A DNA stretch of 64,000 nt. It comes from Ruditapes philippinarum. Lineage: Eukaryota. A model generated the notes under the pieces. It saw only the letters and a program-made list of their open reading frames with translations. It was not told the DNA's origin and did not search any database. Below are positions 13,820 to 27,100 of the stretch, one piece after another (the stretch's first letter is position 1; every line of letters starts with the position of its first letter). The translations under genes were made by a program, and so were the position numbers. The stretch is from assembly GCF_026571515.1 (NCBI RefSeq), contig NW_026851606.1, positions 1 through 64,000 of the forward strand. Reading direction: 5' to 3'.

Positions 13820-15795
13820 TTCACACTGTAAAAGTCATAAGGCTACTTTCCAACTTTGCTGGTGGGAGAAGACCTAAGCTAGGTGCTTCTTCACGCAAAA
13901 AATCACCTTGACCTCTCTGGGCCCAAAAGCAATCAAAAGAGATTGCTAAGCATAAGCTTGATATATCCACTAATTTTGATCGCAAAATTTTATTCTTAAC
14001 TATAGTTGCTGATTGGAAACCACTTTTTTCTGTTTGTAGTAACAGTGACCTTGACTCTGGGGGAAGGGGCAAAAGCAAATGATTACCTCCTTTCCTTACT
14101 CTAGTTATTGACCGCAACAGTGACCTTGACTCTATGGGGCCCAAAAGCAAATTCCTAAGCAAGATCTTGACATAAGCTTGCTATACACCACTTTTCATTG
14201 AGATATCTTATTCCAAACTTTAGTTATTGACAAGAACCCATTTTCTATTTTTAGTAACAATGACCTTTACTTTAACCCTGAAGAGCCCAAAAGTAATCCA
14301 AAGCGATTCTTCGCATGAGTTTGCTACACATCAAGTTTCATTTAATTATGTCATTCAAAACTTTAGATATTGACCAGAAACTAAATTTTCTATTTTTACT
14401 AACAGCAACCTTGACCTTGACCCTCCATGGCATAAAAGCAATCCTAAGCAAAGTATTTACATAAACTTGCAAATAAACCAAGTTTCATTGAAATACTTCA
14501 TTCCTGACTCCAATTATTGACCGGAAACCATTTTTCTTTTTAGTCCCCTACCGGTTGAACCGGAGGGGACTTTAGGTTTACCCTCCGTCCATTTGTCCGT
14601 CTGTCTGTCTGTCCATCTGTCAGTCCGTCCGTCCACAAAACTGGATCCCGCGATAACGCAAAAAGTACTGAAAATATTTTTATGAAACTTGATATATGGA
14701 TAGATGGCAGTATGGAGATTATGCACGTCTTTTTTTTTTTTTCCTATGTTGAAAATTTTGGTTGCTATGGCAACAAATAGTCTGAAAATATGGCAAATTT
14801 AACACATAAACTGGATCCAGTGATAACTCAAAAAGTACTGAAAATATTTTTATGAAACTTGATATATGGATAGATGGCAGTATGGAGATTATGCACATCT
14901 TTTTCTTTTCTTCCTATGTTGAGAATTCTGGTTGCTATGGCAACAAATAGCCTGAATTTCAAGATTTCTGATTTAAATTTTTCAGCTTTTTCACTATATG
15001 TTCTTTATTTCTTAAGGTGTTTACTTCAAACTTTAAATATAAGTTTCTGGTCATCAACCACATCATATGTGACAAGGTTTATAACTCTAGCACAAAAATA
15101 TCAGTATTACCTCCCTTGAACTTAGATTTTTTAGGGGGAAAAATGTTGTCTTTTTTCTTATTATCACTCGACATTTTTGAGAAGGTTAAATACTCTAGCA
15201 AGACTATTTCCAGAATTATGTCCCCCTTGAACTTAGATTTTTTTCGAGAAACTGGTATTTTCACTACAACTTCTTCATTCCTTATAGGATTTACTTTAAA
15301 ATCCCACATCGTAATAATATGACAAGGTTGTATAAACATAATTTCCTTACTAAGCATGGAAACTTAACACATTACTGTGATATAGACAAACTTATTTTAT
15401 TATGTTTTGTGGTCGATATTTTCAAATACAGACTTCATCCTCAAATTCATTATAAATGGCAATACACAGGAGTGTATGACAATTAAAGAACTTTTTGAGG
15501 GACCGGTAGGGGACTACTGTATTGCCCGCAATACTATCAAGTGCTTGTTTTTTTTAGCATCTGTAACACTGAAACTGACCCTTGGGGGTCAAAAAGCAAG
15601 CTCAAGGGAGGTCTTCACATAAGCTTGATATAACCAAGTTTATTAAGACAAGTCAATTTAAACTTTAGTTCTTGACCAGAAACCATCTTGTTTGACACAT
15701 ATCTGCCCGTCCATCCAACCACCTTTATGGCCATTGGCTCGTTACCACAGCAATCTAATAACCAGGATTTTCAAAATTAAAATCCTGGTTAAAAA
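13820..15795. mobile_element. Nested Helentron/HINE-like non-autonomous elements: an outer element with degenerate ~130-bp internal repeats, interrupted by an opposite-orientation element at ~14540-15550
   Basis: Inner element: terminal hairpin AGTCCCCTACCGG..CCGGAGGGGACT, (GTCC/GTCT)n microsatellite, duplicated internal ~175-bp unit, and a matching subterminal CCGGTAGGGGACT near the CTTGTT end. Outer element: TGACCTTGAC repeats and a terminal hairpin AACCAGGATTTT..AAAATCCTGGTT. Confidence 0.6.
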
Positions 15796-16279
15796 TGGGA
15801 ACTATGTTAAAGGCAGTTTTTGCTTACCATTGTATTTAATCTAAAAGGATGACTTATGCTTTAGCATATCACTCCAAATGTGACTAATATTGTCTGAACA
15901 TGCGGTGTATGATTCCCGACTATAAGACAGTCAGCTGATGAAGTACTGCAGTTGCTTTCTTAAAGTTATTCATTTTTCTACCATCATGTCTCATCCTCCA
16001 CTGCAAAAAAATAAAATTTAATCATTCCCTTTTTAAAAAATGGACATAATTTAATGCATAAATAACAGCAATGGATTTGTGCTGAGAGTTTCTAAGCCTT
16101 GTTTACAAACACAATTAGCAGATCTGACTCCCTGTAAGCCATCCTTGATTCCAGTGGTATGGATATTAGATATTTATAACAAATTCCTCAACTGGTGCTC
16201 AGCATTAACAGCATGATTCTTGAATCATTTAGTCATGCAGTCATGTATCATTCTAAGGAGAAATTAAACATGAATAAAT

Positions 16280-17150
16280 ATTGGCATGCCACCAGGTATT
16301 AATAGAGGGCAATTAAAGTATTGGCATGCCACCAGTTATTGAGGGCAATTAAAGTATTGGCATGCCACCAGTTATTGAGGGCAATTAAAGTATTGGCATG
16401 CCACCAGGTATTGAGGGCAATTAAAGTATTGGCATGCCCACAGGTATTGAGGGCAATTAAAGTATTGGCATGCCCACAGGTATTGATGGCAATTAAAGTA
16501 TTGGCATGCCACCAGGTATTGAGGGCAATTAAAGTATTGGCATGCCACCAGGTATTAAGGGCAATTAAAGTATTGGCATGCCACCAGGTATTGGGGGCAA
16601 TTAAAGTATTGGCATGCCACCAGGCATTGAGGGCAATTAAAGTATTGGCATGCCACCAGGTATTGAGGGCAATTAAAGTATTGGCATGCCACCAGGTATT
16701 GAGGGCAATTAAAGTATTGGTATGCCACCAGGTATTGAGGGCAATTAAAGTATTGGCATGCCACCAGGCATTGAGGGCAATTAAAGTATTGGCATGCCAC
16801 CAGGTATTGAGGGCAATTAAAGTATTGGCATGCCACCAGGTATTGAGGGCAATTAAAGTATTGGCATACCACCAGGTATTGAGGGCAATTAAAGTATTGG
16901 CATGTCACCAGGCATTGAGGGTGATTAAAGTATAATGGCATGCTACCAGGTATTGAGGACGATTAAATCACCTTAATTGGCATGCCACCAAGTATTGAGG
17001 GTGATTAAATCACAGTGGCATGCCACCAGGTACTGAGGGTGATTAAATCACAATGGCATGCCATTAGGTATTGAGGGTGATTAAATCACAGTGGCATGCC
17101 ATGAGGTATTTATAATGTGCAATTAAAAGTATAAGCATGCCACTAGGTAT
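16280..17150. repeat. 36-bp minisatellite (~24 copies), consensus TTGGCATGCCACCAGGTATTGAGGGCAATTAAAGTA
   Basis: Direct tandem units that degenerate toward 17150; each has an internal palindrome TGGCATGCCA. Confidence 0.95.
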
Positions 17151-18089
17151 TCCTCTCTTATTAGCATGTCAAACTGAGGAAAAAATAGAAAATAATTTTT
17201 CCAGTATTATTGTACACTCTTAAGTACGCTTCACAAATTAGGAAGTCAGGAAAATCACTTCTAAGCTCAATGTAGTTCAACATATTTTTTTTTATCAATT
17301 TTCTTTTTATTAAGTTGCTACAAAGAATGGACAAAGTTATTAATTCGTTGTGCATTGTTGTATAATAATGCACAGTTATTTTTTCAAATGATCGGCCTCC
17401 CCAATTATATTCCTATGCATTTAAACTGGAACTGTGCATTATTCTACAACAATGCACTCAGAATTTATATCTATTTCCTATTTTTCTAGTGCTTTTGTAC
17501 AATAATGCAGGTTTTATCTTTCAAATTGCTATTTAATTAATCACTCTGACTCTGACACTCATTCAGGTAAACATGAGTCTTTAACCGCCGTATGAAAACA
17601 TCTGCGAATGTTTCTATATTCAAAATTTCACCATTTCTGTGTTAAATGTTGAATTCTGCTTAAGCCGGTGCTGGGGGGCGTGGACGGTAACTTGCACTTT
17701 CCAGTACCGTCCATGAACAGGCTCAATCAAACCGAGCCTGCAACATTTTCAATTATGTTGTGTTTGACTTTCTTTAGTGATTCTGTTTTTCTCTATTTTA
17801 TTAACAATACATGTATCACTGCGCAATTGAACTTGCATTTACAGCTAAAATTGCTAACACATTCAATCAGAGATGTTATATTTCCAATCCTTAAAGATCG
17901 TTCAGCACAACATTATTTTTGTGTTTGTGGTATTTTAAGTTGTAACTTTTTGGCATTTTCTAATTGGGTGGTTCCAATATTCCTACTTGAATAATGTTGA
18001 ATCACCCTTAGGATATGTTGCCTGCTTTTTAACTTTGTCTTTTGACATCTTATCTGTGATATGCAGGCTTCATAACCATAGATCCCCTT

Positions 18090-19995
18090 TCAAACTTCCC
18101 TTCCAACCGTCCATACCACCCTTACTACCTATGGAATATACAACTATATAAACGGCCTCCAACCTCCCCTTCTAGCCGTCCATACCACCCTTACTACCTA
18201 TCAAATATACATAAACTATCTAAACGGCCTCCAACCTCCCCTTTTAGCCGTCCATACCACCCTTTCTACCTACTGAATATACATAAACTATTTAAATGGC
18301 CTCCAACCTCCCCTTCCAGCCGTCCATACCACCCTTACTACACATCAAATATACATAAACTATCTAAACGGCCTCCAACCTCCCCTTCTAGCCGTCCATA
18401 CCACCCTTACTACACATCAAATATACATAAACTATCTAAACGGCCTCCAACCTCCCCTTCTAGCCGTCCATACCACCCTTACTACACATCAAATATACAT
18501 AAACTATCTAAACGGCCTCCAACCTCCCCTTCTAGCCGTCCATACCACCCTTACTACACATCAAATATACATAAACTATCTAAACGGCCTCCAACCTCCC
18601 CTTCTAGCCGTCCATACCACCCTTATTACACATCAAATATACATTAAACTATCTAAACGTCCTCCAACCTCCCCTTCTAGCCGTCCATACCACCCTTACT
18701 ACACATCAAATATACATAAAACTATCTAAACGGCCTCCAACCACCCCTTCCAGCTCATACCACCCTTACTACACATCAAATATATATCAACTATCTAAAC
18801 GGCCTCCAACCACCCCTTCCAGCTCATACCACCCTTACTACACATCAAATATACATAAACTATCTAAACGTCCTCCAACCTCCCCTTCCAGCCGTCCATT
18901 CCACTCTTACTACCTGCTGAATATACATAAACTATCTAAACGACCTCCAACCTCCCCTTCTAGCCGTCCATACCACCCTTATACCTATCATATATACATA
19001 AACTATCTAAACAGCCTCCAACCTCCCCTTCCAGCCGTCCATACCACCCTTACTACCTGCTGAATATACATAAACTATCTAAACAGCCTCCAACCTCCCC
19101 TTCCAGCCGTCCATACCACCCTTACTAAATGCTGAATATACATAAACTATCTAAACAGCCTCCAACCTCCCCTTCTAGCCGTCCATACCACCCTTATTAC
19201 CTATCATATATACATAAACTATCTAAACAGCCTCCAACCTCCCCTTCCAGCCGTCCATACCACCCTTACTACCTATTGAATATACTTAAACTATCTAAAC
19301 GACCTCCAACCTTCTCTTCCAGCCGTCCATACCACCCTTACTACCTATTGAATATACTTAAACTATCTAAACGGCCTCCAACCTCCCCTTCCAGCCGTCC
19401 ATACCACCCTTACTATCTATTGAATATACTTAAACTATCTAAACGGCCTCCAACCTCCCCTTCCAGCCGTCCATACCACCCTTACTACCTATTGAATATA
19501 CTTAAACTATCTAAACGGCCTCCAACCTCCCCTTCCAGCCGTCCATACCAACCCTTACTACCTATTGAATATACTTAAACTATCTAAACGGCCTCCAACC
19601 TCCCCTTCCAGCCGTCCATACCACCCTTACTACATATCAAATATACATAAACTATCTAAAACGGCCTCCAACCTCCCTTCTAGCCATCCATACCACCCTT
19701 ACTACATATCAAATATACATAAACTATTTAAACGGCCTCCAACCTCCCCTTCTAGCTGTCCATACCACCCTTACTACCTGCTGAATATACATAAACTATC
19801 TAGACGGCCTCCAACCACCCATTCCAGCCGTCCATACCACCCTTACTACATATCAAATATACATAAACTATTTAAACGGCCTCCAACCTCCCCTTCTAGC
19901 CGTCCATACCACCCTTACTAACTACTGAATAAATTACATAAACTATCTAAATGGCCTCAAACCTCCCCTTCTAGCTGTCCATACCACCTTACATC
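18090..19995. repeat. 72-bp minisatellite (~26 copies), C-rich on the + strand
   Basis: Unit ...AAACTATCTAAACGGCCTCCAACCTCCCCTTC(C/T)AGCCGTCCATACCACCCTTACTAC...; 24-codon periodicity in the ORF track. Confidence 0.95.
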
Positions 19996-21107
19996 CTACT
20001 ATTTTAGATTCTACACTAAACTTAATTCTACTCTTTTTTTTGTAATTTTTGTGAATTTTGTTCTTTTTTTATTTTGTTTTTAAGATTTTTTTTATTTATC
20101 TTTTTTATTTTTTTTTTTAATTTTTGGCTATCTACCTTATAAATGCTGTAGCAAACCACAATAATTATCTATGAAACAAAATTTGGAGACAAACTCTGAT
20201 ACCAAAATGATAAAATTTTTCTAAAAGAGTAATTAAAATTGTAAAAGTTATTTTCAAAATTTTAGAATAAAAAAATATTTTGATAAAAAGATTACTAAGA
20301 AATAAACCACTAATTATACATGTATAAGGTATTATCAAGAAGTGCTTTAAATCTAAAAAAATATATCTATATTATAAATTAACAAGTAAACAAGGTAAAG
20401 GGATTTGTTCTCTTAGAAGACTAAGCAAAGAGTAATAGCTTTTGAAAACTTTATAACAAATTATTTAAAAGACAAGGAAATGCAACACAGAGTGGCAAAT
20501 TGAGTAAAAATTGCCATGTTTTTAAAGCAAAAAGTCCATAAGAATCGTTATCATTAAAATGTGAAAATGTAAAAAAATAAAAGCCAGTAAGCTAAACTTA
20601 TTTCTGTTGTCATTGAATTAACATTTTTATGATCTTACTGCTCTAAAAATCATAATCTTCAATTACCCAATGTTTACTTTATATTCAGTTTGGAAAAAAA
20701 AAAGAACCACTGACAATCCATTTTAAAATAGAGTATCATCCCTTTAAAGACTTTCACTTTAACTGTGATAATGAATGTAAAAGTGAGACAGTGAAAAAAG
20801 TAAATTACAAAACTAAACAAAACAGTAAAAATCCTTAAAAAAATGTTAATAATACAAAAAGATCATTAATTTAGTATTATATCAGTTAAAGGTAACTTAT
20901 GATGTTCAAATATTAAAACAAATTTAAAACAGCATAATGTGTGGAACTGAAATGACCATTGCTATAGTGAAAAATTGGCTTAATTATGGACTGTTCAGCA
21001 CAAAAATTGCCCCCTTAATATGCCTCCTAAAATATGCACTTGACACTAATGACTGAAATATAAAAAATGGGATGCTAGTTTTTAAATGAGACTTCAGAAC
21101 ACAAAAA

Positions 21108-24100
21108 TCATTTAGAACTAGAAATGTGTACATAGGTTTCCTCCATATTCCACTGTTTTGCCAGTCTATGGATGGACAACAGGTCAGTTGAAAAGGGTGC
21201 AATATATAAAAAAACTAGAAATGTGTCCATAGGACACAGTGCCCCCACACTCCACCGATTTGTCAATCTTATGTCTCTAGGTCAAATTTTTTTTTGGCTA
21301 CATGTGCCCAACTTGAAAACTAAAAATCTTTTATTTAAGTAAAGGGCAAATACTATAAATACTGAATAAATCCACAAGAAAATCCCAAGGTGCATAAGTA
21401 CACATGCTGACCAACATTCTTGTAAACGTTCAGGCCTACAGGTCAAATACTTTTTGAGTTACCTGCAACACAAGTTGAATATTGTAAATTTTTACTAAGT
21501 CAAGGGCAATAACTCTAAAAATACTAAAAATGTCCACACCAAAATATCCAGGTGCACAACTTCACATGCTGAGCAACATTCTTGTAAGGTTTCATGACTC
21601 TAGGTCAAATATTTTTTAGTTACGTGCGACACAAGTTGAAAATTGGAAATTTTTTATTAATTCAAGGGCAATAACTCTAAAAATGCTAAAAATATCCACA
21701 CAAAAATACCAAGGTGCACAACTACACATGCTGAGCAACATTCTTGTAAGGTTTCATAATTCAAGGTCAAATACTATTTTGTTACGTCTGACACAAGTTG
21801 AAAATTGGAAATTTTTACTAATTCAAGGGCAATAACTCTAAAAAAACTAAATATATCCACACAAAAATACCAAGGTGCACAACTACACATGCTGATCAAC
21901 ATTCCTGTAAGGTTTCATGACTCTAGGTCAAATATTTCTTGAGTTACATGCGACACAAGTTGAAAATTGCAAATTTTTACTAATTCAAGGGCAATAACTC
22001 TAAAAAATACTAAAAATATCCACATGAAAATACCCAGGTGCACAACTACACATGCTGAGCAACATTTTTGTAAAGTTTCAAGACTCTAGGTCAAATACTT
22101 TTTTAGTTACGTGTGACACAAGTTGAAAATTGGAAATTTTTACTAAGTCAAGGGCAATAACTCTAAAAATACTAAAATATCCACACGAAAATACCCAGGT
22201 GCACAACTACACATGCTGAGCAACATTCTCGTAAGGTTTCATGATTCTAGGTCAAATACTTTTTTAGTTACGTGTGACACAAGTTGAAAATTGGAATTTT
22301 TTACTAAATCAAGGGCAATAACTCTAAAAATACTAAAAATATCCACATGAAAATACCCAGGTGCACAACTACACATGCTGAACAACATTCCAGTAAGGTT
22401 TCATGTCTCTAGGTCAAATATATTTTGAGTTACGTGCGACACAAGTTGAAAATTGCAAATTTTTACCAAGTCAAGGGCAATAACTCTAAAAGTACTAAAT
22501 ATATTCACATGAAAATACCCAGGTGCACAACTTCACATGCTGATCAACATTCCTGTAAGGTTTCATGACTCTAGGTCAATTACTTTTTGAGCTACCTGCG
22601 ACACAAAAAGAGAAGGAACGGACGGACAAGGGTAAATCTAAATCCCCCCATAGTGGGGGCACAAAAATGATAAAATTTCTGAAAACTGATGAAATTGCTC
22701 TTATTTATGTCTCCTATTTATTTTGACAACACTATTTGATAAAAACTCATTAAAAAAACTAACTACCCTACACCCCCTACAGCATTACTACACTACAATA
22801 ACTAACTAGTAAAAATACCTCCGAAAGTTGGGATGACTTGGGTTGACGTGGATGGCGGGCCGTTTTGCAGCAGGGTACCAATCTGTATCATCGTCCCTAC
22901 CACTCTTGCGGCTCACTGAAATATATAGTAACTCATGTTTATTTCAAAGATATGTAAGCTATTAGATTGACAGAAGTTAAAATATGGCATATACTTACTT
23001 AGAATTTTAATTATATAAGAGGATATTTGTTTGTTTTGCATGTAAGATTGAAATATATTTCACTGAGTGAACACCAGATACAATATTTTCATGAGTGGCA
23101 TAGCCACAAGTGAAAATAGAATAGCTCGTGTTCAGAATGAAATATTTTCAATCTTATATGCAAAACAAATAAATTTTCTTCTTATTTCATGCTTTATTAG
23201 TGATTTTAAGTATGTTTACTGATTTTACCGCGTAACATCGCGCATTCTCCTTTATGTTGTTCTATTTAAATTAGTTATGATATTCTTTTCACCCACATTT
23301 AGATAAAGTTCGGCGTAACTGTCAGCAAAAATTTTTTTTTTTATAAATTTCACTAGTGGTTTAACAGAATATAATCATCCAATATTTACAGTAAAACACT
23401 GGAAAGCATGAAATAAATACATGTACTTGTTTCTTTTTGTTAGAAAAAGTCTATTTCATGTACCTGAAAACAAGATTGAAATAAAGTAGTTAAGTAGATA
23501 CAAAATGTAATTATAAAGATTGCAAAATACAAAGTAAACATAACATAAATCAGAGGAAAAAATTTTGTTTTCAGAACATGCAATGAGCCATTTTGTCTGA
23601 AAAATGAACAATTTGTAAGGAAATGTTGATAATTTATCCATCTAACACTGGTGAAGTTCTGAAATAAAATATAAACAGGCATGATAATATAATTGAGATG
23701 AGCACCTTTCTTACTGCTGTCCTTGCTATTTTTAGACAGCAGGAGACTGAAGTCAAAATGCTCTTCAGCCTCAAGACGCCATTCCTCCATCTGCCAGATC
23801 ATCTCATTTGTGAGGCTGGTAAATATTAATAGAAATGTTTAGTATGAATTTAAGTTTCACAATAACAATAAAACAATCATGAGTGTGACAACAGGCCCCT
23901 TCCTGTTAATTTTAGAAGAAAATAAAGGATTCAATTTAAAACATTTTGATCTGGCAGCTCAAAATATAACATAATATTTAATTTATTTATGCACTGTTTT
24001 CTATTTTTCATTTATTTTTATTTGTAGAGAAAAACATAGAGGAAAGGACCTAGAGTCTTATCATACATAAAAGTTCTTGTAACAAATATTCAATTGAAAA

Positions 24101-27100
24101 CCAACTAAAAGAATGAAAATGTTAGTTTATTGATAAAATAGAATAGTAATAGATGAAAGTCCTGAGTGAAACCAAAACACTTGTAATTAACTATTTATTT
24201 CACTCAAAGACATTGTATAAAGTACTTACTGTGTACCAAACAGCTCTGGAAATTCAGGTTCACTGAGCTGATTAAGTAGAGGACTTTCTATGTCAGGTAA
24301 AAGAGGCACTTCCTCTCTTGCAGGTGTTGATGTCCGTGCTATCTTGATGGCCGAAGAACTAGTACCACTACCACTAGGCCTATTATCCCTAGACAGATGG
24401 GGACTAGGGGTCCTAGGCCTTTTGGAATGGCACCTGTCCCTGGCACATCTAGATCTGGACCTGGAACGCCTAGATCTAGACCTAGATCTAGAATGTCTTC
24501 TTTGTCTGAAAATAAAAGAAAAGAAAAAAATCAATATACAATTGTGAACAAGAAGTAATAATTTTTTAAAATTTATTAAAATGATATTGAAATGTATAAT
24601 TCATGTCTTCAAATTTTGAAATTTTAAAGCAGCATGCCTCCAGATTCATGCTGGTTTTTATTAAAATTTTGAAAATGTATTTAAAAGTATAATGTTGTGT
24701 AGTGAACATTTAAGAAAGTAACTAACATAAAATTCTAACTAAATGCTGCTGCACTAACCTTTGGGAAAGGTCAATGGCTTCAATTAAAAAAAAGTTTAAA
24801 AACAACATTTACGTTTTATTCATCTATTTCATAAAATATTTGAAAACTTAAAAGTTTGATAATTTTTATTTTTTGAAGCAAAGTTTGACCGGGAGTGAGT
24901 TTGACTTCTTGTTTCTTTACTGGCTACAGTTTTTAACTTAAATATTCAAAGTCTATGTAAGTTTTTATGTTACTATGTCAGCATAAAATAGACAAAAAGT
25001 GTTAATTTTGGCTGTGTCCATAAAAAAAGAATTTCATTTTCAATTCTTGTTAATTTCTGAAGTACAAATTGATATTCAAATTGAGAGAGACCGTCTGCTT
25101 ACTGGTCAGGGACCATCAACCGGACACTTTTTGAACATTTTTCCTTACAGATTTCATAATTTTTAACCTAGAAATAAAAAAAATTGACAAAGTTCAGCTA
25201 GGTTCTTCTCCTAACTAACAAACTAGTTTGTTTATTTCTGAATGTATTTACTCTTATATCTGAGGCTCGACAAGGAGGGTATCAAAATTACCTAAATTGT
25301 CAACACTACAGTACCAATTGTGTCCGGACAGATATGTACATGACGTGTTTTAATTCAGATAAAAGCTTGGGTGCTTTGATTTGTGACTTTTAACATGGTA
25401 TACATTATTTCAGCAACAAATGCTGAAGTTTTGGATATTCTATTGTTTACTCTGCAAATGATTATAGCTGGTATATGAGGTCAGGCATTGCTTTCTTGGC
25501 CCGCAAATTTCAACGTCAACATTCTTGAAATATACATTAAAATATTACCATTTACGGAGGTTGAAATAAATTTATTTACTTAATTTTAGAAGATACATGC
25601 ATTTATTGTTGATATAAAAATGACTGACCACCACTAAACAAAGAAAATTCTAAATTAAGCATTTTTGGGGCCGTCCGGGTTTGGTGGTTGTCCGGTTTTG
25701 GTGGTCCCCAACCAGTATATTGTAAACAGGAATTTTAAAATAAACTCCAGTTAAATGTAGTGATATAATTACCATCTTTCAACTTAAAAGTTGTCATCAG
25801 ATCTGGTAAAAAAAATTAACTAAAATCAAAAGTAAAAGACAGGCAACCATTACATGATGATTCAGAGTCAACTCGTCCCCTGGTCAACTCGTCCTCTGGT
25901 CAACTCGTCACCTTTTTGGTCAACTCGTCCCTTGGACAACTCGTCCCCTGGTCAACTCGTCCCCAACTCGTCCCCCCCCCCAATAAATTATCATAGACTG
26001 TTAAAATAATATATTATAAAATTACTGAATTTGACATATTTTGACGCTTTTTGTATGGGAATATTTGGAGGGTTTTTTTGTTGTTAATTAAATATATCAT
26101 GACACGTGCCTTTGGTTATTAAAGTAAACACATAGTAATTTGATAACCGGATTAAAGACACATTTGCCTCTGTGGTTGGATACGTATATACATATTAAAA
26201 GAACGCGTGTCTTTAATTAGAAATTATACAAATCGCGTGAAAATCGTGCCAAAGGTTGTTATAAAATTTTATTTTCCAAATGTCGACTTTGTTTTTGATG
26301 GTGTATGGTCAAATATGTGAAAATGTTGAATTAAATACAATTAATACATTCAATATGTTGACTTGTATTATACAAGAAATTCTGGAACTCGGTTTTATAC
26401 AGCTCCTCTTTGAGATCAATTTAAAGATTTATTTATGGAAATTTAATATTAATCTTTACTTATTATTAGATGGCAATTGAATATTTAGTAATTACTTTAT
26501 GTTTTCAATTAGTTAATATCCACGGCAAATATCATTGTACGGATTTTTTATTTAAAAAATAATAATGAAAAAAAAATACTAACTCTTTCAAAAGGCATGT
26601 ATGTTTATACAACTCCTATGATAATGGACCATAATATTACAATGAAATTCAATTTTAAAAAAATCAGAAACAATTGACAATTTCACAACAAACAATTATC
26701 ATGTTTTTAATTGACACGATCCTTCTATAATGAGATCAATACGCACCGACATAAAGTTTTTAGCACTTCCAATTTCTGTTAATCTGTCGTCAGTCTTTAA
26801 TCCATTCAGGGAGGAGGTAAAAATCAAAGAGTTGGACCTAATTTTAGTTTTAATTATCATTAAAACTCCGATTAATTAAACATTAATTGAATGTTTGCAA
26901 ACTTACCTGTCTTTGTAATTTTACATCAAAGCTATGCCTGTGGGTTAGATAAAGATCATTAAAATTTAACGTAAAAAAGACGTTATTTTATTAATATTTC
27001 GATATCAATCAAATTCATTATAAATTTTACATAAAAAGTACTATTTAAAGACATTGATTTACAACATAATAGTGACGAATAGATCGAACGTAGGGGACGA

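Noticed and set aside
16321-16941. 204-aa and 128-aa repeat ORFs (LACHQVLRAIKV / CQYFNCPQYLVA)
   Set aside because: Translations of the 36-bp minisatellite on both strands, with no credible start, flanking domain or synonymous-biased variation.
17583-17615. AACCGCCGTATG resembling the 5' arm of group II intron domain V
   Set aside because: The complementary 3' arm and domain VI are absent.
18010-18077. Minus-strand ATGAAGCCTGC hairpin as a SECIS element
   Set aside because: No GA on the 3' strand to form the quartet, and the second copy has ATAA instead of ATGA.
19129-19921. Pro/Ser/Tyr-rich repeat ORFs resembling adhesive or extensin-like proteins
   Set aside because: The array contains frameshifting indels and stops, and there is no signal peptide or exon structure. 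Best explained as a non-coding 72-bp minisatellite.
24400-24505. RS tract as a bivalve protamine-like (PL) sperm protein or canonical SR splicing factor
   Set aside because: The rest of the protein is acidic and not Lys/Ala-rich, with no histone H1 winged-helix core and no RRM.
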